A stretch of DNA of 64,000 bases from an uncultured Nitrospiraceae bacterium (GTDB lineage Bacteria > Nitrospirota > Nitrospiria > Nitrospirales > Nitrospiraceae). Of the stretch, positions 10,666-20,489 are shown one piece after another (within the stretch, counting starts at the first letter, position 1; each line of letters starts with the position of its first letter). A program made the position numbers and the translations under genes. The notes under the pieces are model-generated. The model worked only from the letters and a program-made list of their open reading frames with translations. It was not told the DNA's origin and did not search any database. Where the stretch lies: NCBI GenBank assembly GCA_963846575.1, contig CAWJWJ010000001.1, forward strand, positions 192,001 through 256,000. Reading direction: 5' to 3'.

Positions 10666-11196
10666 TTATGGCGCGAGCAGGCGGGACCGGATCAGGCCCA
10701 GAACCTGTTCCGCACCGGCATCGGGCGTCACCACCGTCGTATCAATGGTTAACTCCGGCGCGACCGGCGCTTCGTAGGGCACCTGGAGTCCGGGCACGGT
10801 GGAAGACGTCCCCTCCAGGCCGCGTCGGTAGGTGCCCTTCTTGTCCCGCTGCATGCAGACCTCCAGCGGACACTCGATCGACACTTCCAGCAGACCCGGG
10901 ATGAGCGTGCGCGCGAACTCCCGGTAGTCCCGCCGGCTCGCCGTGGCATCGAAGATCACGTTCACGCCATGGGCCAGCAGGCGGGCACCCATGAATGCCA
11001 TGGCACGATAGAACAGATCCCGTTCCGCCGTCGAATAGGTAGGCTCGGGCGTCAGCAGGCGGCGTAACGCGTCGGACTCCAGGACCTCCACGTCCAGACC
11101 GAGGTCCCTGAGCCCGGGTGTCAGCCGCGCCACGATCGAACTCTTGCCCGAAGCCGGGAGGCCGGTGATCCAGAGGGCGAATGAAGCAGGTGCCAT
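10666..11196 (-). CDS. Adenylyl-sulfate kinase-like P-loop kinase (CysC family)
   Basis: WITGLPASGKSS, CPLEVCMQRD..G.Y, PG..VPYEAP..PELTIDT. Confidence 0.8.
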   Translation of the reverse strand: MAPASFALWITGLPASGKSSIVARLTPGLRDLGLDVEVLESDALRRLLTPEPTYSTAERDLFYRAMAFMGARLLAHGVNVIFDATASRRDYREFARTLIPGLLEVSIECPLEVCMQRDKKGTYRRGLEGTSSTVPGLQVPYEAPVAPELTIDTTVVTPDAGAEQVLGLIRSRLLAP

Positions 11197-11204
11197 GAGA
11201 TGCT

Positions 11205-12290
11205 CTAGGTACAATACCGGTTCACGTCCGCCGGATCGAACCGGTCGGCCGCCAGCACATTTTCGATGAACCGGAAGATCTTCCGTCTCACCGTCACGGT
11301 CAATTTGGGATACCAGAGCGGGCTCGCGAGGACCAGCCCCCGAAAGGCGAAGAACGGCGCCGTCGCAGTCAGCAGCCCGCGATCGCGACTCTGCGTCAGG
11401 TACGTCTCCCAGAATGAACGGAACAGCACTTCGAGCGGTCCCGTCAAGGTTCCGTGACGGCAGAGTGAAAAAAAGAGATAGTTAATGGACATCGAGGTCA
11501 CATCGTCCGCCGGTTCCCCCCATTCACCACGAGAGCGGTCGAGCACCGAAAAATCCGTACCACTTCGAAACAGGACGTTCCAGGGATGAAAATCTCCATG
11601 CACCTGCGAGAGGCGCGTATGTTGGCCGCGCAGACGCCAGCGCCACCGGTTGCAGGCCGCTTCAATCCGTTGCAGCAGCTCTTCCGTAATGAAGGCGAAC
11701 CGGTCAGGGTAACTATCGGTGAGTCCCATGATGCATTCGCCATGGCCCAGCAGTTCCCGGAGACGACGGCGATACAGTTGCGGATCCTTATGCTTCACCC
11801 GGTGAATGGTCGCTAAGTACTTGGCCAAGGCCCCGACCCTCTTCCGGTCAAGCGCCATCGGCCTTCTCGCGCCGGCCAGCCGCTCGAGATCCTTGTGATA
11901 GGTTTCGCCTTCCGACCACTGCGTGAGTAAAAAAAATTCTTTCGCCTCGGCCACGGACATCAACTCGCCGCGGTCGGTGAAGGCGCCTACGTCCAGCGCT
12001 TCGATGTGGCCCGGCAGACGCCCGTAACAGTCATAGTCCATTAACATGGCCTGGGCACGATCAGCGGGGTGTTCATGGCCGAAGGGGCCGGGGCTCATGG
12101 TCCCCAGCACCGCCCGGCGCCTGACACCCTTCACGCGAAAGGTGAGACGGACCGGCGCGCCGTACCCGTACTGCTTATCCCTGGTCGCGCTGGTTTCTTT
12201 GCCGATCGGACCATAGGCGATCAGGGTCGTGGAGGGACCGAACCGGGCCTTCAGGTACGTTTCGAGCGCAGTTTTCTTGAGCACCGGCAT
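11205..12290 (-). CDS. APH/choline-kinase-like phosphotransferase
   Basis: Brenner motif HGDFHPWNVLF, LD metal-binding site, GEPADD. Confidence 0.8.
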   Translation of the reverse strand: MPVLKKTALETYLKARFGPSTTLIAYGPIGKETSATRDKQYGYGAPVRLTFRVKGVRRRAVLGTMSPGPFGHEHPADRAQAMLMDYDCYGRLPGHIEALDVGAFTDRGELMSVAEAKEFFLLTQWSEGETYHKDLERLAGARRPMALDRKRVGALAKYLATIHRVKHKDPQLYRRRLRELLGHGECIMGLTDSYPDRFAFITEELLQRIEAACNRWRWRLRGQHTRLSQVHGDFHPWNVLFRSGTDFSVLDRSRGEWGEPADDVTSMSINYLFFSLCRHGTLTGPLEVLFRSFWETYLTQSRDRGLLTATAPFFAFRGLVLASPLWYPKLTVTVRRKIFRFIENVLAADRFDPADVNRYCT

Positions 12291-12498
12291 GACAGAACCT
12301 CCACTCCAGACGGGCCCCTACCAGCACCAAGCTTCGCGACAGCGCCCTTCAGCTGGCGCATTGAGCTTCAGCTGCGCTTGGGGCAGTGAGGAATTATGCA
12401 CCACATCGGGCACCAAGGGACTCATGGTTTCCAACAGATTCTCTCTAACGGGCCGCTTTCAGTTAATTGTACCCTGATGGCGACGCAGGGGGGGCCTA

Positions 12499-12514
12499 AG
12501 GCACGTGCCTTGCT
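12499..12514 (+). promoter_or_regulatory. Putative sigma-54 (-24/-12) promoter of the HPF-CSD gene
   Basis: AGGCACG-TGCC-TTGCT with correct GG-N10-GC spacing, about 50 bp before ATG 12563. Confidence 0.6.
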
Positions 12515-12562
12515 GTGACAGTGACATGGCAGTGTGGTCCAGCTTGAGCAAAGGGAGGACGC

Positions 12563-13108
12563 ATGAACCTGGAGATCGAGAGCCGCAACATCGCGATGAC
12601 CCCCCGTTGGAAAACCGAGATTGAAAAACGAATGGCCCAGCTACAGCGCGGACGCGAGGATATCATTCATGGGCGCGTCACCCTTACCAAGAACCGTCAT
12701 CATAAAAAGTTCGCCAACCTCGCGGAAGCGCTCGTGCTGGTGACCGTCCCGAAGCGCCACACCATGACCGCCCGCAAGGAGGACAAGACGTTCGAAGAAG
12801 CCCTTCGCGGCGCATTTGATGCCATGGCGATCGAACTGCGGAAGTACCGGGAAAAACGAGCGGACAAGGTCGTACGGACGGAACCGCTCCCGTCGCTGCG
12901 TGGCGTGGTCAGCAAGATATTCCCGGACGAAGGCTACGGGTTCATCATCAAAGACGGTGGCGGAGAGGTCTATTTTCACAAACATTCACTCAAGGGCATG
13001 CCCTTCACAGAATTAGAGGACGGGCGCGAAGTCATCTTCGAGGTCGAGCCAGGCGAAAAGGGTGTCCACGCGACCATCGTGCAGCCTCCCCATTCGATGG
13101 TCCCGTAG
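12563..13108 (+). CDS. HPF/RaiA ribosome hibernation domain fused to a cold-shock domain
   Basis: N-terminal LEIESRNIAMTPRWKTEIEKR..ALRGAFDAMAIELRKY; C-terminal GVVSKIFPDEGYGFI..EVYFH (RNP1/RNP2); GGAGG SD. Confidence 0.85.
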   Translation: MNLEIESRNIAMTPRWKTEIEKRMAQLQRGREDIIHGRVTLTKNRHHKKFANLAEALVLVTVPKRHTMTARKEDKTFEEALRGAFDAMAIELRKYREKRADKVVRTEPLPSLRGVVSKIFPDEGYGFIIKDGGGEVYFHKHSLKGMPFTELEDGREVIFEVEPGEKGVHATIVQPPHSMVP

Positions 13109-13208
13109 CGGATCGGCATGCCGCCGGGCAGGTGAACGGATTGCCTGTGTGTCTGCCCGGCTCCAGGGTCGTCCGGATGGTGAGACGATCCGGGCCCGCG
13201 GAGTTCCG

Positions 13209-13341
13209 ATGCCCATGTACGAGGACACCTGTGTGGACTGCAGCCGCATGAGAAAGGTAGGGTCCGATGCCCGGTTTGCGGGAGCACCGGGCTTCGGCAC
13301 ATGTTTCCACGTGCATGGCCCCTACAACCTAAAAAAGTTGA
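13209..13341 (+). pseudogene. Frameshifted remnant of an FmdB-family zinc ribbon gene
   Basis: MPMYEDTCVDC in one frame, VRCPVCGS in another, ending near a ..KS* tail. Confidence 0.5.
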
Positions 13342-13349
13342 GCGTGACA

Positions 13350-13733
13350 ATGCGCCCTGCCGGATCCTCGCATCCTGATCGTACTCTGCTGATCGCCTCG
13401 TGTGCTGCGGTCCTGGCCGCATGGCTGGTCCCGGCCGCCGCACAGGATTTTCCGGCCGATGTCAACCGAGGCAAAACCGTCTATCAGCGGCATTGTCTGA
13501 GCTGCCATGGCACCGGTGGCTGGGGGGACGGACCGGCCGCCGAGGCCCTGCGCGTGCCGCCGACGAACTTTCATCGCTTCTCGTCCGTGATCAAAACGGA
13601 TGAAGAACTGCTCCGAACGATCGAGCATGGCGTGGTCTTCAGCCCGATGCACTCATGGCAGGGACGACTCACCGGGAGCGAGAGGCGGGATGCCCTCGCC
13701 TATATCCGTCTCTTGATGCAACAGGCTCGATAG
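13350..13733 (+). CDS. Monoheme c-type cytochrome (periplasmic)
   Basis: Signal peptide, CLSCH heme motif, G.GDGP.A..L..PP.NF, distal Met in SPMHSW. Start uncertain. Confidence 0.85.
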   Translation: MRPAGSSHPDRTLLIASCAAVLAAWLVPAAAQDFPADVNRGKTVYQRHCLSCHGTGGWGDGPAAEALRVPPTNFHRFSSVIKTDEELLRTIEHGVVFSPMHSWQGRLTGSERRDALAYIRLLMQQAR

Positions 13734-13769
13734 ACGCGGACAAGACGTCGATGTCCAAGCAGCTTCCTT

Positions 13770-14351
13770 ATGGACCCCCTTCACCCCAACAGTGCGCTGC
13801 TCGTGGTGGATGTTCAGCAAGACTTTCTTCCCGGCGGAGCGCTGCCGGTCCCACAGGGGGGGGACGTGATTCCCGCCCTGCGCCGGTACTGCGAACGATT
13901 TCTTGCGCCAAGGGGGAGTATTATCGCCACGCGCGACTGGCATCCTGCTCATCACTGTTCTTTTCTCGAGCAGGGAGGACCATGGCCGCCCCACTGCATC
14001 GCACATCAGCCCGGTGCGCAGTTTCCTGACGAGCTGGGGCTTCCGCCATCCACCATGGTGATTTCCAAGGGGACCGATCCACACCGCGAGGCCTACTCCG
14101 GCTTTCAGGGCACCTCGTTGCAGCACTATCTGGACTCCCGTCACATCAGGCGATTGTTTGTCGGAGGGCTCGCCACGGATTACTGTGTCCTCGAAACCGT
14201 GCGGGATGCCCGTCGGCTCGGCTACGAGGTCTGCCTGTTGCTCGACGCCGTCCGGCCGGTCAACCGTCATCCGGAGGACGGCCGGAGAGCGGAACGCGAC
14301 ATGTCCCGTCTCGGCGCAATTCCCGTGCGATGGGAGCAATGGACCGCATGA
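13770..14351 (+). CDS. pncA: Nicotinamidase/pyrazinamidase
   Basis: VVDVQQDFLPGGAL, TRDWHP..H, WPPHC, KG..AYSGF, GLATDYCV. Confidence 0.92.
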   Translation: MDPLHPNSALLVVDVQQDFLPGGALPVPQGGDVIPALRRYCERFLAPRGSIIATRDWHPAHHCSFLEQGGPWPPHCIAHQPGAQFPDELGLPPSTMVISKGTDPHREAYSGFQGTSLQHYLDSRHIRRLFVGGLATDYCVLETVRDARRLGYEVCLLLDAVRPVNRHPEDGRRAERDMSRLGAIPVRWEQWTA

Positions 14352-15679
14352 ACCCCACCTCAGACGCTCTGCTCATCGATCTCTACGAACTGACCATGGC
14401 GCAAGCCTACTGCAAGCGGGGGATGACGAAGGAGGCGGTGTTCGAATTTTTCGTGCGGAGGCTGCCTCCCCGCCGAAACTTCTTGATGGCCGCAGGGCTG
14501 GATCAGGTGCTGTCCTACCTGGAGGGGTTCCATTTCTCTGACGAAGACCTCACGTACCTCGACGGCACCGGAGGATTCACGCCGGCGTTTCTCACCACGC
14601 TCCGGGCGCTTCGCTTCACGGGTGATGTGCACGCGATGCCGGAAGGGACGATCTTCTTCCCGGACGAGCCGATTCTCCGCATCACCGCGCCGCTGCCCCA
14701 CGCGCAACTGGTCGAAACACGCGTCATGAACCTGCTGAATTTCCAATCCATGGTGGCCTCCAAGGCCTGTCGCTCGATCCTCGTCGCGGGAGGCCGTGCC
14801 CTGATCGACTTCGGGCTCCGGCGTGCCCAGGGCGCGGAAGCCGGATCGTTCGCCGCTCGCGCCGCCTACCTGACCGGATTCGCGGGCACCTCGAACGTGC
14901 TGGCCGGCGCCCGCTTTGCGATTCCCACATACGGCACGATGGCCCATTCGTTCGTGCAGGCCTATGAAGATGAGGCGCAGGCGTTCGCGGACATCGCCGA
15001 GGCACAGCCGGGCAATGTCATCCTGCTCATCGACACCTACGACACGGAAGCGGCAGCACACAAAGTCGTCGCGCTGGCCGCCGGCCTGAGGGCGCGGGGC
15101 ATTGCCATTCACGGAGTGCGGCTGGATAGCGGGGATCTGGCCGAACATGCGCGCAAGGTGCGGGCCATTCTGGATCGTGGCGGCCTCACGAACACGCGAA
15201 TTCTCGCCAGCGGAAACCTCGACGAGGACCGCATCCAGGCCCTGGTCGCCAGCCGGGCTCCGATCGACAGTTTTGCCGTCGGCACAGCCATGACCACCTC
15301 AGCCGACGCTCCCTATTTGGACTGCGCCTATAAACTCCAGGAGTATGCGGGCAGGCCCTGCCGCAAACGATCCGAAGGCAAGGCCACCTGGCCCGGCCGG
15401 AAACAGGTCTATCGGGGCGTCGGAACGGATGGAACCCTGACCGGAGACGTCGTCACGCTCGAAGGCGATCGCCAACCCGGCCGCCCTCTCCTCTCGCAGA
15501 TGATGCAGGCAGGCCGGCGTCTCGCCCCCTCGCCCTCGCTTCAGGAACTGCGCCGGACCGCCGCGGCCTCTTTGGCGGCGCTTCCGTTATCCTTACGTCA
15601 ACTGGAGCCGGCCCCCTATGAAGTCCGTATCGCGCCAGCCCTCGCCAGGCTCGCCAGGGAAGTCGACAGGCACACATGA
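14348..15679 (+). CDS. pncB: Nicotinate phosphoribosyltransferase
   Basis: DLYELTMAQAY, DFGLRR, GTSNV, GTMAHS, LIDTYDT, RLDSGD; ATGA overlap with pncA. Confidence 0.95.
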   Translation: MNPTSDALLIDLYELTMAQAYCKRGMTKEAVFEFFVRRLPPRRNFLMAAGLDQVLSYLEGFHFSDEDLTYLDGTGGFTPAFLTTLRALRFTGDVHAMPEGTIFFPDEPILRITAPLPHAQLVETRVMNLLNFQSMVASKACRSILVAGGRALIDFGLRRAQGAEAGSFAARAAYLTGFAGTSNVLAGARFAIPTYGTMAHSFVQAYEDEAQAFADIAEAQPGNVILLIDTYDTEAAAHKVVALAAGLRARGIAIHGVRLDSGDLAEHARKVRAILDRGGLTNTRILASGNLDEDRIQALVASRAPIDSFAVGTAMTTSADAPYLDCAYKLQEYAGRPCRKRSEGKATWPGRKQVYRGVGTDGTLTGDVVTLEGDRQPGRPLLSQMMQAGRRLAPSPSLQELRRTAAASLAALPLSLRQLEPAPYEVRIAPALARLAREVDRHT

Positions 15680-15737
15680 CTTCCGCTGGCCGTAGAGCAA
15701 CGCCGCATGTTTTCCCGATCCGGAAGGAGGTTCGTTG

Positions 15738-17162
15738 ATGAGTCAGCATCCCCTGTTCACGCTTATCGTTGCCGGGGGGCTCACGGCGGCGCTGGTCGCC
15801 TCCCCGACCGATGCCGGCGCCGCCGGCAAGCCATCGCAAAAAACCTTGCCCGCCAGTGGCTGCGAAAGTCCCTACAAACACACCCGCCCGACGTTGCAAA
15901 AACTGACCGGCCTGCTGGAATCCCATACGCAGTGGCTCATGGACCGGGAATCGGCCGAGGGGCGGCGCGCCAACCTGTGCCGGACAGACTTGCGGGGTCT
16001 TCGCCTGGCGGGCGCGAATCTGGAACGGGCGGATCTTGAGGGAGCCATCCTGAAGGGGACGAATCTGCGCCACGCGAGTCTCATCCATGCACGGTTGAAA
16101 GGCGCCAACCTCTCCGGAGCGATGCTTGACGACGCGACACTCGAAGGGGCCGACTTGCGCAAGACATTGCTGGCCAAGGCCCGTCTCAACCGGGCGGCTG
16201 CGGACGAAGCCGCCTTCTACGGGGCCAACCTCCAGGGCGCGCTCTTTCGGGACGCCACGCTCGAACGCGCCCATTTCGAAGACGCGGACGGGCAATCCGC
16301 CGATTTCAGCGACGCGAGTTTGCTCGATGGTTATTTCTACGGAGCCAATCTCTTTCGGGCCATCCTGACCAATACCGAACTCGGCGGGGCGGACCTGCGA
16401 CGGACCAATCTCCGGCAGGCCAATCTGCGCGAGGCCACGCTCGAAGGCGCCCAGCTCGACAATGCCAGTCTCGATGGCGCGTCGCTGGCGGAGGCCAGCC
16501 TTGACGGCGCCTCCTTAGAAGATGCGTCGCTGGCGAAGGCCGACCTGCGAGAGGCCAGCCTGCGTGGCGCGGACCTTCGGTATGCTTATCTGGGCGGCGC
16601 GAACCTGCAACGGGCCGATCTTGACAGCGCCAACATGGAAGGCGCCGACCTCGCCCATGCCCGGCTGAATTCGGCCAACTTGACCATGGCCATCCTTTAC
16701 AAAGCCACGCTATCCGCAGCCAATCTTCACGGAGCGCGCCTCAATCGCGCCGTACTCATCGGTGCGCAACTCTCGCGGGCCGATCTCCGGAAGGCCGATC
16801 TCTCCGAAACCTACGCGCCGAATGTCCGGTTGCGCCAGGCCCGGCTGGGCGAAGCCAATCTGGAATTAGCGAATCTGGTGGAGGCAGACCTGAGCCTCTC
16901 CGACCTCAGTCATGTGATTCTGGTTCAGGCCAATCTTCAAGCAGCGAATCTCCGCGGGGCAAATCTGAGCGCGTCGGACATGACCGGCACCCAATTGAAC
17001 AATGCGAACCTGCAGCAGGCCAACTTACGGGGCGCGAACCTGAGCGGGGCACTGGGACTGGTTCAGACGCAACTCGACGCGGCCTGCCTCGATGAACGCA
17101 CGACCATTCCGTCGAACCTTCAGAAGCCGCGTCCCTGCCCGGCATCTCGCTCGCGATCATGA
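15738..17162 (+). CDS. Exported pentapeptide repeat protein
   Basis: Signal peptide followed by about 370 aa of A(N/D)L.. pentapeptide repeats. Confidence 0.9.
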   Translation: MSQHPLFTLIVAGGLTAALVASPTDAGAAGKPSQKTLPASGCESPYKHTRPTLQKLTGLLESHTQWLMDRESAEGRRANLCRTDLRGLRLAGANLERADLEGAILKGTNLRHASLIHARLKGANLSGAMLDDATLEGADLRKTLLAKARLNRAAADEAAFYGANLQGALFRDATLERAHFEDADGQSADFSDASLLDGYFYGANLFRAILTNTELGGADLRRTNLRQANLREATLEGAQLDNASLDGASLAEASLDGASLEDASLAKADLREASLRGADLRYAYLGGANLQRADLDSANMEGADLAHARLNSANLTMAILYKATLSAANLHGARLNRAVLIGAQLSRADLRKADLSETYAPNVRLRQARLGEANLELANLVEADLSLSDLSHVILVQANLQAANLRGANLSASDMTGTQLNNANLQQANLRGANLSGALGLVQTQLDAACLDERTTIPSNLQKPRPCPASRSRS

Positions 17163-17190
17163 CGAGGGCCTGCCGCAGGGCCGGTCGCAC

Positions 17191-18396
17191 CTACCCCTCC
17201 TCGCCTAGACCGTTCAGGCGGCGCCCAGGCTGATCCGGCTCACCCGGCTGCGGAAGGAGGTGCGCAGGCAGGAAAAAGAAACCGGCGATTGCAGTCGGCA
17301 CCACGGCGCTCGCGATGACGGCGGAGACCAGAAAGGAATACTGCTCTTGCGTCACGATCCCGTGACTCAGCCCGTACAGAGCCGAAATGGTTCCGAAGGT
17401 CAGGCCGGTCGACATCAACAGGGTGTAATACCACCGCTCGGCACGTTCGTGCCGGAACAACCCGATCACCGGATAGAGGCCGAAGATCTTGCATGCGACC
17501 TTGCCGGCGAGCAGGACCAGGAATACCGCGGGAGCCGCCAACAAGGCCGGCAGCGACACCAATGTTCCGGCCCGGATGAAATAGACCGGCGTGAGGAACC
17601 CCACCGTCATCGTCCGCAACCGGCGAATCCAATGGCCGTCACGGGCCGCGCTACCGGCCAACACCATGCCGGCCAGATAGGCAGGAAGGACCGCTTCGCT
17701 GCCCGACCAGAACGCGAGCGCCCCCAACCCGAACAACACCAGCATGATCCATTTGGTCCGGATTGCGGCCGTGCGATAGCCGTACCGCCGGGTCAGCCAA
17801 TCCGTGACGGCCGGAAGCGCCGCGAGCATGAGACCGGTGGCCAGGATGAAGAGCGCCGTCCTGTAGGTAAAGGGGGCAAACAGAAGCCCGAGGACGATCA
17901 CCGTCCCCAGATCGTTAATGAAGCAGGACGCGAGGATGCCCTTGCCGAATTCCGTCTTGTTCAAGCCGGTCTCGAGCATGACCGCATAGACCACGGCCAT
18001 CGATGTCGTCGAGAGGGCCACCCCGCAGAGCGCGCTCGCCTGCCAGTTCCAGCCGAGCCCGTAGAAGGCGAGGGCGGTGCATCCCAGGAAAGGCGCGAGA
18101 AATCCCGTGAGTCCGACGACGGTGACTTCCGCCCGTTTGACCCGGATCACGTCGGGGTCCAGTTCCGCTCCCGCCAAAAAGGTCAGGACGACCGCGCCGG
18201 ACGAGGCCAGGAACCGCACCCATTCCGCGTTCAACGCCAGCACCTCGCCGACATTGAACCACCCGGAGCAGGCCGCCATGCCGACTCCGACACAAATTTC
18301 GACCAGCGCGATGGACAGGCGGAGGCGGGCGGCCAGGAGAGCGGAAAACAGGGCGAGGGCAAACCACAGGGAGGCGGTCGCAAAAATCTGGTCCAT
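17191..18396 (-). CDS. Cation:proton antiporter (CPA family)
   Basis: About 12 hydrophobic segments; FLAGAE, LSTTS, INDLG motifs. Confidence 0.88.
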   Translation of the reverse strand: MDQIFATASLWFALALFSALLAARLRLSIALVEICVGVGMAACSGWFNVGEVLALNAEWVRFLASSGAVVLTFLAGAELDPDVIRVKRAEVTVVGLTGFLAPFLGCTALAFYGLGWNWQASALCGVALSTTSMAVVYAVMLETGLNKTEFGKGILASCFINDLGTVIVLGLLFAPFTYRTALFILATGLMLAALPAVTDWLTRRYGYRTAAIRTKWIMLVLFGLGALAFWSGSEAVLPAYLAGMVLAGSAARDGHWIRRLRTMTVGFLTPVYFIRAGTLVSLPALLAAPAVFLVLLAGKVACKIFGLYPVIGLFRHERAERWYYTLLMSTGLTFGTISALYGLSHGIVTQEQYSFLVSAVIASAVVPTAIAGFFFLPAHLLPQPGEPDQPGRRLNGLGEEG

Positions 18397-18491
18397 TCAG
18401 GAGTCCTCCGTTCCGGCCGGCGCCAGACAAACCGCCTGGCAGCTCAGGTCACTCGAGGGGTGTGACCTCTCCGGCGCTACGACGGCGCAGC

Positions 18492-18540
18492 GTAGGAGTC
18501 ATCAGCCTGGCCAGGCGTTTATACGGGGGACCCCATCCCC
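18492..18540 (-). ncRNA. Fluoride riboswitch (crcB motif)
   Basis: Minus strand GGGGAUGGGGUCCCCC-GU-AUAAAC-GCCUGGCCAGGC-UGAUGACUCCUAC matches the aptamer layout: P1, GGGGUC/GACUCC pseudoknot, AUAAAC, P2, UGAUG..CUAC. It lies about 95 nt upstream of the antiporter ATG. Confidence 0.9.
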
Positions 18541-18744
18541 TCTGTCGGTTTACTATATACGGCAGTTACGGAAGGGGATCAAGAAATTGTCCGGACCGAG
18601 ACCGTTCGACACTCTTCCCATTTTTCCCACCCACCAATCAGGCATAATCAGGACCATGCGTAAGACGTACTGCGATGGTGCGGGCCTTCCGATCCCGGCC
18701 CCCACGCCGAATCCCCTGCGACGCTCCGTCGCCCGGAGAGCCTT

Positions 18745-19278
18745 GTGAACCGGCAACAGATCGTCGTGATTGCACTGGCCTGCCTGGTCATCGGCGCCGG
18801 GGCGGCCTTTTTCACCTGGTGTCCGCCGGAGGCCTGTCGCGTGCTGCACATTCAGACCTACAACATTTCCACCCTCGACGACTATCGGCGCTTTTTAAGA
18901 GATGAGGCGGCATTCACAGCGGAACGCCATGTCAGGGCGGTCCGGTTGCACTGCTCCAGGCTCCGCGATGAGGTCGTGACCGACCTGAACACCAGGCGGC
19001 TGACCGTAGGGACAAGCAGGCGGAACGGCGTAGCCGGGGCTCAGCGCCCGCCGGATCCGATCACGGCCTGGCACCAGGGACGGCTCTTACATCTTTCGAC
19101 TACGGCGTCCGGGAATCGTCAGGTGCTGGATGCCTGGGCGATGAGCGTCCGGGAGCATATCGCCGTGCAACAGCAGGGCGACTGGTCGTTCCTCCCGCAA
19201 TTGTTCGGCGGCGTCATTATCCATGTGCACAATCAACAGCTCCCCGTGGTCCTGTTCTCAGACCGTCCTTGCGCGTGA
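18745..19278 (+). CDS. Membrane-anchored hypothetical protein
   Basis: 177-aa ORF with an N-terminal hydrophobic helix; no recognised motif. Confidence 0.5.
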   Translation: MNRQQIVVIALACLVIGAGAAFFTWCPPEACRVLHIQTYNISTLDDYRRFLRDEAAFTAERHVRAVRLHCSRLRDEVVTDLNTRRLTVGTSRRNGVAGAQRPPDPITAWHQGRLLHLSTTASGNRQVLDAWAMSVREHIAVQQQGDWSFLPQLFGGVIIHVHNQQLPVVLFSDRPCA

Positions 19279-19378
19279 GGGCGGTCCTGGCCGACCGTTG
19301 TCCGAGGCTCAATCTGAGTCGACCGCCCGCTCCCACTACTGAGGATGAGGATGGACGGTCGTTATAAAGGAGTTCGTG

Positions 19379-19714
19379 ATGCCTTTCAGTTCGTCGATTG
19401 CGTTGTTCGTTCTCGCCGGACTCTGTGAAATCGGCGGAGGCTATCTCGTCTGGCTGTGGCTCCGGGAAGGAAAATCATTGGGATATGCCGTGGCGGGCGC
19501 GGCATTGCTCATTCTCTATGGGGTCATTCCGACCTTGCAGGCTGCCCATTTCGGCCGTGTGTATGCCGCCTATGGCGGCATGTTCATCGTGCTTGCGTTG
19601 TTATGGGGGTGGGGCGCGGATGGGACCACACCGGATGCCTTCGATCTGGTCGGAGCGGCGATCTGCCTCATCGGCATGGCCGTCATCATGTATGCCCCCC
19701 GTGCCGCGATCTAA
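19379..19714 (+). CDS. ynfA: YnfA/UPF0060 family small multidrug resistance-like membrane protein
   Basis: [30 protein letters not shown]; four TM helices; AAAGGAG SD. Confidence 0.9.
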   Translation: MPFSSSIALFVLAGLCEIGGGYLVWLWLREGKSLGYAVAGAALLILYGVIPTLQAAHFGRVYAAYGGMFIVLALLWGWGADGTTPDAFDLVGAAICLIGMAVIMYAPRAAI

Positions 19715-19983
19715 ACGACATCCGTGACCTTACACCGCCTCCGGCATGGCTACCTCCAGCCTCGCTGCGCCGTCGTGTCCGACCGTTCCCCTCGCCTATT
19801 AACTAAATCAAAGACTTCCACCGGCGGCTCTCGCTGACACTGCAATCTCCGTACTCTCACTTAGGGTTCAAGGGCCTCCCGACTAGGTACATCTCCAGCG
19901 GTCTTCCGGCTGGAGTGACGGCACGATGGGACATGAATAGTAAGCCAGGTCCCGCATGTCCATCGCGTACAGGGAGGCATCCC

Positions 19984-20394
19984 ATGAAAACATCCACTCA
20001 GACCGCCTATGTCGCGGCCATGCTGGCACTGATCCTGGCTTGGCCGGTCACATCGCCCGCCGCGCCATCACTTCCGGATGAACCGGACGATGAGTGCCTG
20101 GTCGAACAAACCTTCGATTCGGTCGTGGGACTGCTCTTCCGCGGGTACTCGCTTCGAGGAAACGGCCGGGTGGACTACCGCACGGCCCGTCACATTCTGG
20201 GAATCTCTTTCGATGACCCCGCATCCGCCGAACCCGATGTCGCGCGCTATCCGCTGTTTTACTGGTATGACGCCAATCAGGACGGCCAGTGGGAGATGTG
20301 GGTGGATCGGGAAGAACAAGGGCAGCTGGCCAATGCGGTGCGGTATGACTGGAGACAAGGCGAGGAACTGATCACGTCATCAAAACTCTGGTGA
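19984..20394 (+). CDS. Secreted hypothetical protein
   Basis: GGAGG SD, signal peptide, NGRVDYRTAR and PLFYWYDANQDG motifs. Confidence 0.65.
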   Translation: MKTSTQTAYVAAMLALILAWPVTSPAAPSLPDEPDDECLVEQTFDSVVGLLFRGYSLRGNGRVDYRTARHILGISFDDPASAEPDVARYPLFYWYDANQDGQWEMWVDREEQGQLANAVRYDWRQGEELITSSKLW

Positions 20395-20489
20395 ACCGCA
20401 CATGACAGCCGTGATCCGCCTTCCCTATAATCCGTCAGGCAGCACAGCGGGCGCGTCGAACGCGTGGTCGCTGCGGCCTGCCGACCGGT

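Noticed and set aside
15960..17060. 15-bp periodic DNA repeats
   Set aside because: Fully explained by pentapeptide-repeat coding.
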